Sequence record: LC788706.1
Reading direction: 5' to 3' (one strand)
Length of the DNA: 64,000 bases
Origin: Escherichia coli phage KS_S14
This document shows positions 15,992 through 25,566 of the stretch, piece by piece (position 1 is the first letter of the stretch; each line of letters starts with the position of its first letter). Made by a program: the position numbers and the translations under genes. Under the pieces are notes generated by a model. That model searched no databases, was not told the origin of the DNA, and saw only the letters and a program-made list of their open reading frames with translations.

Positions 15992-16369
15992 ATGAACTAT
16001 GCATACCTTATTATTAATAATAACGTAGTTTGTGGTACTCGCGCTGTTGAGATGGGTATTACAGAAGAAAAGTATAAGTCACTTCCAGAAAAAGAACAAC
16101 AATATTATGTTGAAGAAGCTGCTTGGGAGTATGCTGAGGTTTATCCCGAAGAACGTGAAGATCGTCTTACTCTTGTTGTGTCTCTGGGTTTGGTTGGCTG
16201 TGATACCGAAGTTGATACAGACTTAGGGACTTTGGAGGAGTGGGAAGAGTTAGATATCTCAGCTAAAAACTCCTTAATCCGTGAAGCCTTTTGGGAAGCT
16301 GTAGATTGCCACGTAGTATTTGAGCCTAATGATGAAGAGGCTGAAAAACATACTAACCATTGGAGATAA
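15992..16369 (+). CDS. hypothetical acidic protein
   Basis: 125 aa ORF after promoter. Confidence 0.5.
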   Translation: MNYAYLIINNNVVCGTRAVEMGITEEKYKSLPEKEQQYYVEEAAWEYAEVYPEEREDRLTLVVSLGLVGCDTEVDTDLGTLEEWEELDISAKNSLIREAFWEAVDCHVVFEPNDEEAEKHTNHWR

Positions 16370-16373
16370 TTAA

Positions 16374-16619
16374 ATGTTAGCAGAGCAAGCAAAACATTTA
16401 GCTAGAGTTAATAGAGCTGCTCTTCTCAAGAGCAGAAAGAAACCGTATAGATACGTTAAAAGACGGATTATATCTTCTGTAGAATGTGGTGGTTCTTATG
16501 TGCAGTTTAACCGTGACGAAATTAGCTATGAAGCTATAAAATCCCTCTATAAAGAGGGTTATACTCTAAAACTATCAAATAATTATGGTACAACTATTTT
16601 AAATGTTATTTGGGAATAA
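16374..16619 (+). CDS. hypothetical protein
   Basis: 81 aa ORF. Confidence 0.4.
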   Translation: MLAEQAKHLARVNRAALLKSRKKPYRYVKRRIISSVECGGSYVQFNRDEISYEAIKSLYKEGYTLKLSNNYGTTILNVIWE

Positions 16620-16621
16620 TT

Positions 16622-17485
16622 ATGAAAAAAGAATTTAATGTACATAAAACACTAGTAGTACCTGATGATGTTAACTTATTCTTTGTTGGCGATATTCATG
16701 GATGCAACGATTTGCTAGAAGATGCGTTGAAATTAGCTGGATATAACGGCAAGAAAGATTGCGTTGTATGTGTAGGGGATTTAATTGACCGAGGCACGCA
16801 GAATCTACAAGTTCTAGCTAAATTCCTGTATAACCCACGCTTTATCAGTGTCCGTGGAAACCACGACCAGTTTATGATTGTGGGAGATTGGGCTAATTGG
16901 ATGTATAACGGTGGTATGTGGGCTATGAATGAACTAGATGCAGATACCATTAAAAATATTGCCGAAGACATGGCTGAAAAAATGCCAGTATTCCTAACTG
17001 TGCTGCATCGTGGCAAGAAATATGGTGTTGTTCATGGTGGTGTACCTTTTACGTACAAAGAATGTGGTAACGAAGTAGAAACCCCAGTATGGGGTAACCT
17101 TATTGCACAAGTAGAAGCAGCTAAGGAAGACCCACATGACCATCCTGGATACCATGTTGAACCATACTTATGGGATCGAGATGTAATTCAAGAAATAGGT
17201 TTCCATTTGTCCAAAAATGGTGAGGAACACTCGTATTTCCAGCGTTATGCAGGATTTAAAGAGAAATACATGGTAGAAGTACCTCCAGTTAGTGGAGTAG
17301 ACTTTGTGTTTCACGGACATACTGGAGTACCTTACCCTATTTTATACCAGAATCGTGTTTACCTAGATACTGGCGGTGTTTTCAACGGGCAGTTGACGGT
17401 TGCGCAGGTTAACGATGAAACTGGCAAAATCACCACATTTACCACAGATAAAAATGATAGCTGCGGTGTACAGAGGATCCTTTAA
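16622..17485 (+). CDS. Ser/Thr protein phosphatase (calcineurin-like)
   Basis: Motifs GDIHGC, GDLIDRG, RGNHD; start moved to ATG at 16622. Confidence 0.7.
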   Translation: MKKEFNVHKTLVVPDDVNLFFVGDIHGCNDLLEDALKLAGYNGKKDCVVCVGDLIDRGTQNLQVLAKFLYNPRFISVRGNHDQFMIVGDWANWMYNGGMWAMNELDADTIKNIAEDMAEKMPVFLTVLHRGKKYGVVHGGVPFTYKECGNEVETPVWGNLIAQVEAAKEDPHDHPGYHVEPYLWDRDVIQEIGFHLSKNGEEHSYFQRYAGFKEKYMVEVPPVSGVDFVFHGHTGVPYPILYQNRVYLDTGGVFNGQLTVAQVNDETGKITTFTTDKNDSCGVQRIL

Positions 17486-17781
17486 TGAATGATAGAATGA
17501 AAGAAGTACAAGAAGAATTACGAGCAATGCGTATTGATGCCCTTCGTTGGAGGGCATTAGTTAATGCTTTCGTCAAAGGAGATACCGGAGTAATATATTC
17601 TGGAATAGCAGTCAATTTTTGTTTTAATTCTCCTGCTGAAATAGAAATAGAAACAAGGCTTACTACCTATCTTAATGAGGTAGACCTTAAGGAAGGAGAG
17701 ATTCCCGAGGAGTTTAAAACTAGAGTATTAACTACCTGGGTTGATAATTTATACAAAAAAGGAGTAAGTGATGAAGGTTAA
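17485..17781 (+). CDS. hypothetical protein
   Basis: 98 aa ORF. Confidence 0.45.
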   Translation: MNDRMKEVQEELRAMRIDALRWRALVNAFVKGDTGVIYSGIAVNFCFNSPAEIEIETRLTTYLNEVDLKEGEIPEEFKTRVLTTWVDNLYKKGVSDEG

Positions 17782-18361
17782 ATTCTGGTCAGACTTGCAC
17801 TTAGACCACCCTGGAGCACTACGTTTCCGTCCGTGGTTTAAGAACATGAAAGAGCACGATGAGTATATTCTAGATACTTTGTCCAAGCATATTGGTAAAC
17901 GAACAAAACTTATTTTGCTAGGAGATATTGCAGTAGGTCGTGAAGGTCTGGCCAAATTAAAGTCGGTTATCCACAATGTCCCTAATCAACTCATTATGGG
18001 TAATCATGATGCGGAGCGTCAAGGGCTGAGTATTAGGGACTTAGCGGAAGTTTATGACGATATTCAAGCTCTAGGCAAACAGACTGGAGGTGGCAAAAAG
18101 TTTTGGCTATCTCACTGCCCTTTGCATCCCAATGAACTTCGTGGCAAACTAAATATTCACGGACATGTACATACTACTTCCCTACGTGATCCACGTTATA
18201 TTAATGTCTCATTTGAAATGAGTAAAACTCCAATTCCGCTAGAGGATATTGTGTCTGGTAAGTTTACTAGTTATGATAGAGTAGTTAATTGTACTACCGG
18301 CGAAGTATTACAAATAGGGGAAGATGTAGCTGCTGTATTACGTGGCGATATAAATGTATAA
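17771..18361 (+). CDS. calcineurin-like metallophosphoesterase
   Basis: Motifs DLHLDHPG, GDIAVG, GNHD, GHVHT. Confidence 0.6.
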   Translation: MKVKFWSDLHLDHPGALRFRPWFKNMKEHDEYILDTLSKHIGKRTKLILLGDIAVGREGLAKLKSVIHNVPNQLIMGNHDAERQGLSIRDLAEVYDDIQALGKQTGGGKKFWLSHCPLHPNELRGKLNIHGHVHTTSLRDPRYINVSFEMSKTPIPLEDIVSGKFTSYDRVVNCTTGEVLQIGEDVAAVLRGDINV

Positions 18362-18468
18362 GTATATAGCCGAGGCTATTATTAAACGAATCATACAAGC
18401 AGTAGCAATACTTATAATCATTTGTACTGCTATTGGCACAGGATTAGGCATTTTAATTGAAAGTTTTA

Positions 18469-18498
18469 TTTGCTAAAATGCTTAAGTTTCTGTATAAT
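18469..18498 (+). promoter_or_regulatory. sigma70-type early promoter (TTGCTA-18-TATAAT)
   Basis: Hexamers plus ATAAATTGATGAGAAGG box. Confidence 0.55.
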
Positions 18499-18528
18499 TA
18501 CTTTATAAATTGATGAGAAGGAATCAAA

Positions 18529-18960
18529 ATGAACAAAGTTGATAAAGCTCTAGTTTTCGCAGCAGCAGATAAGTTTGAACAAGTTAAGGCAACTTTCCGA
18601 ACCTTGTTCCAGTCTTACGTTCAGGATAAGTCTAATCCTATCTCTGAACGTTTGATGGTCTGGGAATGTCATGCTTGCAATGCCCTATTAATTGCGGATT
18701 ATCGTAGTGATATAGATAAAGATCTTTGTGAAATCCTTATCCCCGAGGAAGCAGAACGTTATCAGTTAATATCTTTCCAAGATTTGGCGGAGCATATCAT
18801 TCCTGATGATCTTTGGGATAAATACTATGGTGATCCTGAAGATGAAGGAATGACTCCAGAAGCCTGTATTGAGCTGATCTGCAAAGATCATCCTGAAATT
18901 GCAGAGAAATTTGAAAAAGTTTTTGCTTCTGAGTTCTCCGGCGTTGTTAACGATTGGTAA
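18529..18960 (+). CDS. hypothetical protein
   Basis: 143 aa ORF after promoter. Confidence 0.5.
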   Translation: MNKVDKALVFAAADKFEQVKATFRTLFQSYVQDKSNPISERLMVWECHACNALLIADYRSDIDKDLCEILIPEEAERYQLISFQDLAEHIIPDDLWDKYYGDPEDEGMTPEACIELICKDHPEIAEKFEKVFASEFSGVVNDW

Positions 18961-18977
18961 GTAATTAAAAAATTCAG

Positions 18978-19006
18978 TTGCTTTAAGCCTTAAAATTCTG
19001 TATAAT
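18978..19006 (+). promoter_or_regulatory. sigma70-type early promoter (TTGCTT-17-TATAAT)
   Basis: Consensus hexamers plus ATAAATTAATGAGAGAGG box. Confidence 0.6.
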
Positions 19007-19038
19007 AAGTTCATAAATTAATGAGAGAGGAAATTCTA

Positions 19039-19290
19039 ATGGAAAACATGACTAAAAACGAAATGGCTAACGTTCTGGCAATTCTCCTCGACATGCAGGG
19101 TTTTGAAGGACAGCTCATGAAGATGTCTATTCCGGCGATGAAAAAGATGTATGATTCTCTGAATAAGAATGCTATGGCGTTCAACCTTGCAAAACAGGAA
19201 GCTCGTTTTGCTAAAGAGCATCAAGCGACTGCCGAACGTCGTGCAGCATCTTTTGAGCGTGAAGTTAAGCAACTGAAAGGTAAGAAATAA
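19039..19290 (+). CDS. hypothetical protein
   Basis: ORF-track start 19021 lies inside the promoter downstream box; ATG at 19039 follows an RBS. Confidence 0.45.
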   Translation: MENMTKNEMANVLAILLDMQGFEGQLMKMSIPAMKKMYDSLNKNAMAFNLAKQEARFAKEHQATAERRAASFEREVKQLKGKK

Positions 19291-19312
19291 GGACTAAGGG
19301 AGTATATAATTA

Positions 19313-19594
19313 ATGTTGATTGAAATTCTCATTGGATTGCTAGTGCTTATGACACTAGTAGCTATAGGTGGGATTATTGGTATTGTAAGCATGCGAAAAA
19401 ATATAGAGAGTATGCTTACTACTAATAGTGGACTTCACTGCCGCTTAATAGAACAAGAACAAGATATTGAACTAGCACAAAGACGCTCAGATATTCTAAA
19501 AGAAAAACTAAACAATATTGAAGCAATAGCTGGGAATACAAAATTACCTAATAAAGTGATGCGTGCTCAGATAATTACGGAGATTAAAAAATGA
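19313..19594 (+). CDS. small membrane protein
   Basis: 93 aa with N-terminal hydrophobic helix. Confidence 0.4.
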   Translation: MLIEILIGLLVLMTLVAIGGIIGIVSMRKNIESMLTTNSGLHCRLIEQEQDIELAQRRSDILKEKLNNIEAIAGNTKLPNKVMRAQIITEIKK

Positions 19595-19836
19595 TGATGT
19601 TTATTCTAGCGTTTTATTTGATTGTGGTTGGTGTACTGGTTACCAAGTACCACACATGGACGCCAAAGAATGTTGTTAAGGTAGCTTTATTTGTTATTCC
19701 AGTTCCACTTATTATCTTTTCTATGTTACTGGTGATGTTAATCGGTAAAGTAACAAAAACAGATGTTAAGCGCATTGCTGACGAATTGCAACAGTCCTGT
19801 GATATGGTAGAGGATATTCTTAAAGATGAAGCTTAA
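19591..19836 (+). CDS. small membrane protein
   Basis: 81 aa, two hydrophobic helices. Confidence 0.4.
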   Translation: MMMFILAFYLIVVGVLVTKYHTWTPKNVVKVALFVIPVPLIIFSMLLVMLIGKVTKTDVKRIADELQQSCDMVEDILKDEA

Positions 19837-20152
19837 TTTTAATGAATTAAATACCTTACATGAGATATTACAGTTTGTGAACAATAATATTAGTATTCCA
19901 GATGATACACTAGAAGTTCTCACGGTAATCGAGAAAAAGGTAGGAATTGAGATTGAGGACTCCTGGAAACCGCTTTCTGTATTAACACCTCTTAATATGA
20001 AAGTGATAGTTAAAAATATCGATACTGGTGAAGAATGTAAGATGATTCGTAAAGAACTAGCTGATAGTTATTCACCAAAGTCTGTAGTAATGTATCATGA
20101 TGACACACCTAAGGTTCTACAGACAGCTAATTATGTATGGCGTCTCCCATGA
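19826..20152 (+). CDS. hypothetical protein
   Basis: 108 aa ORF. Confidence 0.45.
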   Translation: MKLNFNELNTLHEILQFVNNNISIPDDTLEVLTVIEKKVGIEIEDSWKPLSVLTPLNMKVIVKNIDTGEECKMIRKELADSYSPKSVVMYHDDTPKVLQTANYVWRLP

Positions 20153-20251
20153 TTGATTTAGTACCAATTACTGCGGGGATAATAGCACTATTAGTGCTCG
20201 CAGTTTTCATTATTGTGGAGCAGGCCAAAGTAATAAGGAGACTTAAAAACA

Positions 20252-20452
20252 ATGATAAAACGTCTTGTTTATCAAGCACCAAAGATTGTAACTGAGTATT
20301 TTATATTACTGCCTCAGATTGTATTTCTAACAGCACTATTTAATATACTTTTTCAACATCTAGGAATAACTGAAAATATCTTCTACACTTCTGGACTACT
20401 TCCTTTTATGTATGAAGGCATTATCACGGCAATTAACGGAGTTCGTAAATGA
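20252..20452 (+). CDS. small hydrophobic protein
   Basis: 66 aa ORF. Confidence 0.35.
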   Translation: MIKRLVYQAPKIVTEYFILLPQIVFLTALFNILFQHLGITENIFYTSGLLPFMYEGIITAINGVRK

Positions 20453-20910
20453 CAGCACTACAACAACTACAGAATTACTGGTTTGATAACCAATTTAACG
20501 ATCTTTTCATCCAGTTGTTTGTCGAAACGAACGGACGCTTCAACTACCGATTCTTTAATAAGTTTCATGAAACAAAGTTCTCGCATACAGAAATTAATGC
20601 AGCGATCCAAGACCTAACTGGTTCTAAAGTAATTCAATATCGCGAAGTAGACTTTACACCAGATTGTTTTGGATTTGAGTTGTTTAAGAAAGCATATAAA
20701 TTTGGTAAGTTTGAAGATGCTCGTCAATGGGTTCACGATTTTTGGTATAACACCGATATTGTTCCTAGTCGCGTGCTGATTCTTAACTGGATTGCTAAGC
20801 AACATCCACCTAAAACGCAATCATCCTTCTTACCGACTGACACAGGAAACCTCTACCATGACAGAAAAGAAAAATCCATTATTGGAGCAGATGAAGGAGT
20901 GGGAGAGTAA
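20449..20910 (+). CDS. hypothetical protein
   Basis: 153 aa ORF. Confidence 0.45.
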   Translation: MTALQQLQNYWFDNQFNDLFIQLFVETNGRFNYRFFNKFHETKFSHTEINAAIQDLTGSKVIQYREVDFTPDCFGFELFKKAYKFGKFEDARQWVHDFWYNTDIVPSRVLILNWIAKQHPPKTQSSFLPTDTGNLYHDRKEKSIIGADEGVGE

Positions 20911-21229
20911 TATTGAAACTGGTCTAATAGACGGTGAAGATATTGTCAACTCCATGCTAGAAGTAACAGTAGATAATATTAATCCTATTTTGGCCAAAGA
21001 AACCTCCGATCTTATAGGACTCTCTAGCACATTTGATTCTTTAGCTAAATTAGCCTTAGATGACGAAGAGATAACCAAAGAAGATCTCGCCTCAGCTATG
21101 AATATGGCTATTAACGCTTACATTGGTAAACGTACCGATGAACTTGGTAAACAGATCAATAAGCGTGATACTACGCTAGGTCTTATGGAAACGGCCACTA
21201 TGTTACGAAGTGGTAAACAACTTCATTAA
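20858..21229 (+). CDS. hypothetical acidic protein
   Basis: In-frame ATG inside ORF-track entry 20792..21229; start uncertain. Confidence 0.4.
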   Translation: MTEKKNPLLEQMKEWESNIETGLIDGEDIVNSMLEVTVDNINPILAKETSDLIGLSSTFDSLAKLALDDEEITKEDLASAMNMAINAYIGKRTDELGKQINKRDTTLGLMETATMLRSGKQLH

Positions 21230-21236
21230 TTCTAGA

Positions 21237-21265
21237 GGCCAGGACTTAATTGTTCTGGCCTTTTG
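21237..21265 (+). terminator. rho-independent terminator
   Basis: Stem ggccag...ctggcc followed by TTTT. Confidence 0.6.
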
Positions 21266-21288
21266 AGTACATATAAAAGGAGACTATA

Positions 21289-21522
21289 GTGGAAATTGTA
21301 TTAGTTATTCTTGCAATAGCACTATTATTCGCAATCAGCGTATCTATTAAAAAGACTCATGATCTTAATAGGACTATAGATGATAACAGAAAACTACGTG
21401 GTGAAAAGGCTAGGCTTAACCTACAACATGAAGCTCTGAAGTTATTTGTAGTTCAGGGCAATAGAAACCATACTCCTGAAGACTTTATTAAACAGCTTAA
21501 AAAGCACTTAGGGCTCAAATAA
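21289..21522 (+). CDS. small membrane protein
   Basis: 77 aa with N-terminal TM helix. Confidence 0.4.
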   Translation: MEIVLVILAIALLFAISVSIKKTHDLNRTIDDNRKLRGEKARLNLQHEALKLFVVQGNRNHTPEDFIKQLKKHLGLK

Positions 21523-21707
21523 TGGAAACTCTTTTTCTTTTAATGCTCGTAGGTTCTCTGTTACTAATACTAGCACTTCTACTAATCTGCAATATTCTTA
21601 ATAATAAGAATCTAGAGCTAAAGTGTGAGAACCAAATCCTTAACCGTGAACTTAAACAATATAATCTAGCAGCCCATAAACTGTTAGACAAACTGGAGAA
21701 TAAATAA
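21522..21707 (+). CDS. small membrane protein
   Basis: 61 aa, hydrophobic N-terminus. Confidence 0.35.
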   Translation: METLFLLMLVGSLLLILALLLICNILNNKNLELKCENQILNRELKQYNLAAHKLLDKLENK

Positions 21708-22309
21708 TGACTTTTAATGCGCAACAATCTATTCAAGTAGTGCCAGATCATGAACTGAACACATGGGATTATAGCTTTAAAGATTTAACCGCTACTGTAC
21801 AATTTAAATCTATGAAGCTAACATTTGCACACACTGACCTTAGAGCATGTAAAGGTCTTGAGGATAAGCTCGAAGATGCTCGCAAGATTTTTGGTAAGGC
21901 TCGCATCCCAGCTGATAATCTAATTAACGCATTAATCGATGCAGGGTACAAACTTGTGAAGACTGAGGTGAACCGCCCTAGTACTCCAGTGACTATTAGA
22001 GATCCGTGGCAGTCAGGGACAATCGCAATGCTGAATAAATCATCGGATTTGCACAATGTTCCTTGTGGGGGTGTGATAAGTAGTACGCAGTCATATAAGT
22101 TTGGGGAAGATTACGGCCCTTCTGTACAGTTGAAACATACTCAAGAAGCTTTTGAATCTGATATGCGAAGCGTAGCACCTGCGGATGCTGAAGGTTTTAG
22201 AAGTCCCATCTATGTTACTCACTTTAATAATCTTAGGCCTGGGAGTATAAATGATGCTATCCTTGAAGCGTTGGGAGCTGCTATTAATGAAGATAAGAGG
22301 AGTAATTAA
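21707..22309 (+). CDS. hypothetical protein
   Basis: 200 aa ORF. Confidence 0.5.
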   Translation: MTFNAQQSIQVVPDHELNTWDYSFKDLTATVQFKSMKLTFAHTDLRACKGLEDKLEDARKIFGKARIPADNLINALIDAGYKLVKTEVNRPSTPVTIRDPWQSGTIAMLNKSSDLHNVPCGGVISSTQSYKFGEDYGPSVQLKHTQEAFESDMRSVAPADAEGFRSPIYVTHFNNLRPGSINDAILEALGAAINEDKRSN

Positions 22310-23034
22310 TGAGTATAAAAAAGAATTTAGCAGAGATTATTAAGTTAGCTAGAGCTTGTAATGGAAAATGTGTTTCTCAGCTTAATGAACTAGAAGCACA
22401 TGCAGTAGCATTTTGTGCAGAGTTTTATCCTGCATACCTTAATGCTAGTGGGCAACCTAAATATAATAAGGATGCCGAAGAAGTTACGTTAGCTCCTTCA
22501 TATATTAGCTTGCGTCGTTTAATTCAAACCGTTGATCCTACTATTAAAGGATTCTCAGCAGATTCATTCCACGTCTTTGCAGATAAAGAACTCCCGTATT
22601 TTAAAGAAGGAAATGCAAAGTCATGTTTAGAATGTTATCCTAATATACTGATGATTCCTCAAAAGCAATGTAAATACGATCATCTTCCTAGACTTACAAA
22701 GAAAGTAGCACCACCTTATTCTTCTCTATCTGAATTAAAGCTAGGAATTGTATCTACACTTGCGCAGATTCATCTAAGTATAGTTGACGACTCAACAACA
22801 TCTAACCCTATTCTAGATGCTGCTCACTTTGAAATTTTACGTGATCCTGAACAAGCTAGAAAAGTTGCTAAGTCTGTTAAGTTTGATATATCAACAATTC
22901 TTGACACTAAACAAGAAACTAGACCTAGAGGAAGTGTAGATTATTCTGCGCTAAATTCCGAGTCATCTTACTTAGCAACATTCCTTTTCATGGCGTCAAA
23001 AGGGGTTATTCTAAAGGTTAATAAAGATGGATGA
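22309..23034 (+). CDS. hypothetical protein
   Basis: 241 aa ORF. Confidence 0.5.
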   Translation: MSIKKNLAEIIKLARACNGKCVSQLNELEAHAVAFCAEFYPAYLNASGQPKYNKDAEEVTLAPSYISLRRLIQTVDPTIKGFSADSFHVFADKELPYFKEGNAKSCLECYPNILMIPQKQCKYDHLPRLTKKVAPPYSSLSELKLGIVSTLAQIHLSIVDDSTTSNPILDAAHFEILRDPEQARKVAKSVKFDISTILDTKQETRPRGSVDYSALNSESSYLATFLFMASKGVILKVNKDG

Positions 23035-23755
23035 TTTACGTGCTGAAATTAATAAAAAGTTACGAGAGGAAGCCCGGAGGTTTCCTCTTAAAAACTTTTT
23101 GAAGTCAAATGGCTCTACTAATATAACGAAGATTAGGCAACTTCACCCTGACTTCCAACAAGAGGCCTTAAACCTTATCTTTATTAGGAAAGCTTTAAAA
23201 GTCCAGAAAGAAGAGTATGGGTATGAAAGAGTTAATTATAAGACAGCCAATCAGTTAGTAGAGATATGGTGCTATAAACATAAAGGATACTTTATGCAAA
23301 CTGCTAGATCTCACCTAGATGGGCACGGTTGTTTACAATGTGCTAGGGAAAGCAACCTAAATACACCTATCGAGAAACCGGAGGTAGAAGAAGATGTTCA
23401 GTCCCCCACATATCTCTATATCTTCTCTAATAAAGATCAGTCTAGGAAGAAATTAAAGACAAAGATTGGGGTTTCTAGAGAGCCACATCAAAGGTTTAAG
23501 AATCTAGAGTATGATAAATTGCGTGTGCCGGGTTTTGAAGATATGGAAGTATTTGGTATCTACCAGTATAAGAAAGGATCGAAAGAACTCGCTTACAAAA
23601 TAGAACACCAAGCACATAAATTTTTCGAGAATAAATTTGCTAACCATTATAAATTCGATGGAGCAAAAGAGATATTCAACATTAAAGCTGTAGAGGCAGA
23701 AGAATATCTATTAAGTCAAGGTTGCATAAAAATTTACCCAACTCCAAACTCATGA
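23027..23755 (+). CDS. zinc-ribbon plus T5orf172/GIY-YIG-like domain protein
   Basis: 242 aa; HxGxxxxxHLDGHGCLQC zinc-ribbon-like element and C-terminal YLYIF...KIGVS...EIF block. Confidence 0.5.
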   Translation: MDDLRAEINKKLREEARRFPLKNFLKSNGSTNITKIRQLHPDFQQEALNLIFIRKALKVQKEEYGYERVNYKTANQLVEIWCYKHKGYFMQTARSHLDGHGCLQCARESNLNTPIEKPEVEEDVQSPTYLYIFSNKDQSRKKLKTKIGVSREPHQRFKNLEYDKLRVPGFEDMEVFGIYQYKKGSKELAYKIEHQAHKFFENKFANHYKFDGAKEIFNIKAVEAEEYLLSQGCIKIYPTPNS

Positions 23756-23782
23756 CAAAAATTTAAAAGTAACGAAATCTGC

Positions 23783-23813
23783 TTGACATTCGTGAGAATA
23801 ATGTGTTATAATA
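23783..23813 (+). promoter_or_regulatory. sigma70-type promoter (TTGACA-19-TATAAT) facing the non-coding repeat field
   Basis: Perfect hexamers; no ORF for about 1.7 kb downstream. Confidence 0.45.
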
Positions 23814-24175
23814 ATCTCATAGATTAAAAACATCAACTTGTTTTTACCTCTAGGCCGTAGATTTACATCATTCCTCGTAGGAAAACACTTGATGACGGTT
23901 CTGTTCGCAGGTTCTCGTCAATTGTTCTTCCACACCGAGACTTAGGAGGATGTATCAAATCGCACGCGCCTAGAGGGGCTAACTCTCATGAAATGGGGGT
24001 ATATTAACTTTTAAATAACTGATAAATATTTAAAGGCAATATCTGTGTTCAAGATGATACACTTGTTGCCGCCCATCTGCTAGGATGGCACAACACTTTC
24101 TTCTAGACTCCTAAGTTTTTATGAAAACTCTAGTCAACTCAGGTGGTTTTCATGTTCCTAGAAACTTCAGCAATA

Positions 24176-24213
24176 GGCGGTTTAATACAGGGCGGTTATG
24201 GGGAGGGCGGTTA
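24176..24213. repeat. three direct copies of GGCGGTT(A/T)
   Basis: aggcggttt, gggcggtta, gggcggtta within 38 bp. Confidence 0.5.
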
Positions 24214-24256
24214 TTTCTAGGAGACATTTTTTGAAAACACATTTCCAGAAATTACT

Positions 24257-24856
24257 GTCGGATTTGCACACTGACATAGGTTTAAAAACTGGTCGGATTT
24301 GCACAATCGCCTAAGTTTTTAGGAACTCTTACTCTCCTGAAAATAGCAGCATTATTTCGGGCCGAAGGCCCGTGATTGCCTGAGTTTTTAGGGCCACAGA
24401 AATTTTCACTTGTCAAGCTATTTTGCCCCATTTTGCTAATAAAATTTTACTTTATCTGCACTTACCTCAAATTAACCCAAATCTTCTCAACTCTTCCCCA
24501 AAATCCCCGCAAATCAGGTGCTCCGCACCAAACATGCGCCCCTCTCGCAGTTCCCCCAAGTTTCTCTCGATCTCTCAACTTCTCCCCAAACCCATACAAT
24601 CACACACCATCTAATCGAAGTCACAAAAATCTTGTCGGATTCGCACAAATAAACCCATGTCGGATTTGCACATATTCTAGCTAATTCCACAGGATTCGAA
24701 CGCAGTTCGTGATTGCTGGAGTTTTTAGGAAAATTCATTGTCGGATTTGCACACTATAAAAATTTTTCGGGTCGGATTTGCACACTACCAAAAATTGTCG
24801 GATTCGCACATACACGCCCACGCGTAATCCATGGGGGCAAATGTCGGATTTGCACA
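24257..24856 (+). repeat. iteron-like array: 8 direct copies of GTCGGATT(T/C)GCACA
   Basis: Copies at 24257, 24292, 24634, 24659, 24740, 24771, 24797, 24843, same orientation, irregular spacing; several flanked by AGTTTTTAG motifs. Confidence 0.7.
24470..24600 (+). repeat. C-rich, G-poor strand-asymmetric tract
   Basis: About 130 bp with almost no G on the + strand. Confidence 0.45.
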
Positions 24857-24884
24857 AAAGCGCAGGGCAATTGCCCTGCTCGCC

Positions 24885-25070
24885 TGAATGCGAATGATAA
24901 TGAGAATAATTATCATTTAAGAAGTGGAATGCAAATGATAATTATTCTCATTTACGAAAGGGGGGTGAGAACTATTCAGGAAGTGAAACGATTCTCATTT
25001 AAAAAGTGAAATGATTATCGGTTAGACAGTGGAATGCGAATGATAATGATTCTCATTTAAGAATGGAAGT
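24885..25070. repeat. cluster of about 60-bp direct repeats each containing AATGAGAAT/ATTCTCATT palindromes
   Basis: ggaatgc(g/a)aatgataat three times; attctcattta four times; long AT-rich inverted repeats. Confidence 0.6.
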
Positions 25071-25090
25071 GAGAAACACTGTTATTTAAG

Positions 25091-25172
25091 TTATCAACAG
25101 ACTTATCAACAGCACGATTTGACTTGACAGAATCCTAGCCATTTTGAGGCGTTATTAACAGACTTATCCACA
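25091..25172 (+). promoter_or_regulatory. DnaA-box cluster
   Basis: TTATCAACA at 25091 and 25104; TTATCCACA at 25164. Confidence 0.5.
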
Positions 25173-25182
25173 GCTTATCCTA

Positions 25183-25198
25183 CTGTATATTTATACAG
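25183..25198. promoter_or_regulatory. SOS-box-like palindrome CTGTATATTTATACAG (left copy of inverted repeat)
   Basis: tactgtatatttatacagta resembles LexA consensus CTGT-N8-ACAG; partner at 28927. Confidence 0.4.
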
Positions 25199-25393
25199 TA
25201 TTCCTATGTAGTGAATAATTCTAATATAGGCCTAAAACGTCCTGAATCGCATTCTAACGCGTTTAATTTTGGTGGGGATACTAAAACAAGGGCAAAATTG
25301 GAGGAGGCTTGAAAATTAGTTAGCACGCTAACGATCACACAAGGCGACACGTAACACCCTAATCATTAGCAGGCTAACCATCGCGGGCGCGGT

Positions 25394-25416
25394 CAAATGA
25401 GAATGATTCTCATTTG
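25394..25416. repeat. 23-bp perfect palindrome CAAATGAGAATGATTCTCATTTG
   Basis: Perfect dyad; same core as the 24885-25070 repeats. Confidence 0.55.
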
Positions 25417-25566
25417 AAAATTGGGGGCACTCCCTGATAGTTGCGCCCCTTGATTATTATAGTAGTGGGCAACCGTTACGCTTTGCCCACTCCCCCCACT
25501 CATCTTGATGCCTAGACTTGCGACGGCGTACTAAAAACCGTTTATACCAGTGATTAAACCATCGTT

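Noticed and set aside
24257-24856. Possible CRISPR array formed by the repeated GTCGGATTTGCACA units
   Set aside because: Repeats are only 14 bp, spacing is irregular (25-330 bp), there are no cas genes or leader, and the context is a phage non-coding control region; better described as iterons or binding sites.
24376-25009. ORF-track entries 24376..24684, 24423..24614, 24514..24738, 24713..25009
   Set aside because: They lie in the low-complexity repeat field, lack an RBS, have Pro/Ser-rich composition from the C-rich tract, and overlap each other in several frames.
25183-25198. Reading CTGTATATTTATACAG as proof of SOS regulation
   Set aside because: AT-rich palindromes arise easily in this AT-rich genome; the LexA-box resemblance is kept as a hypothesis only.
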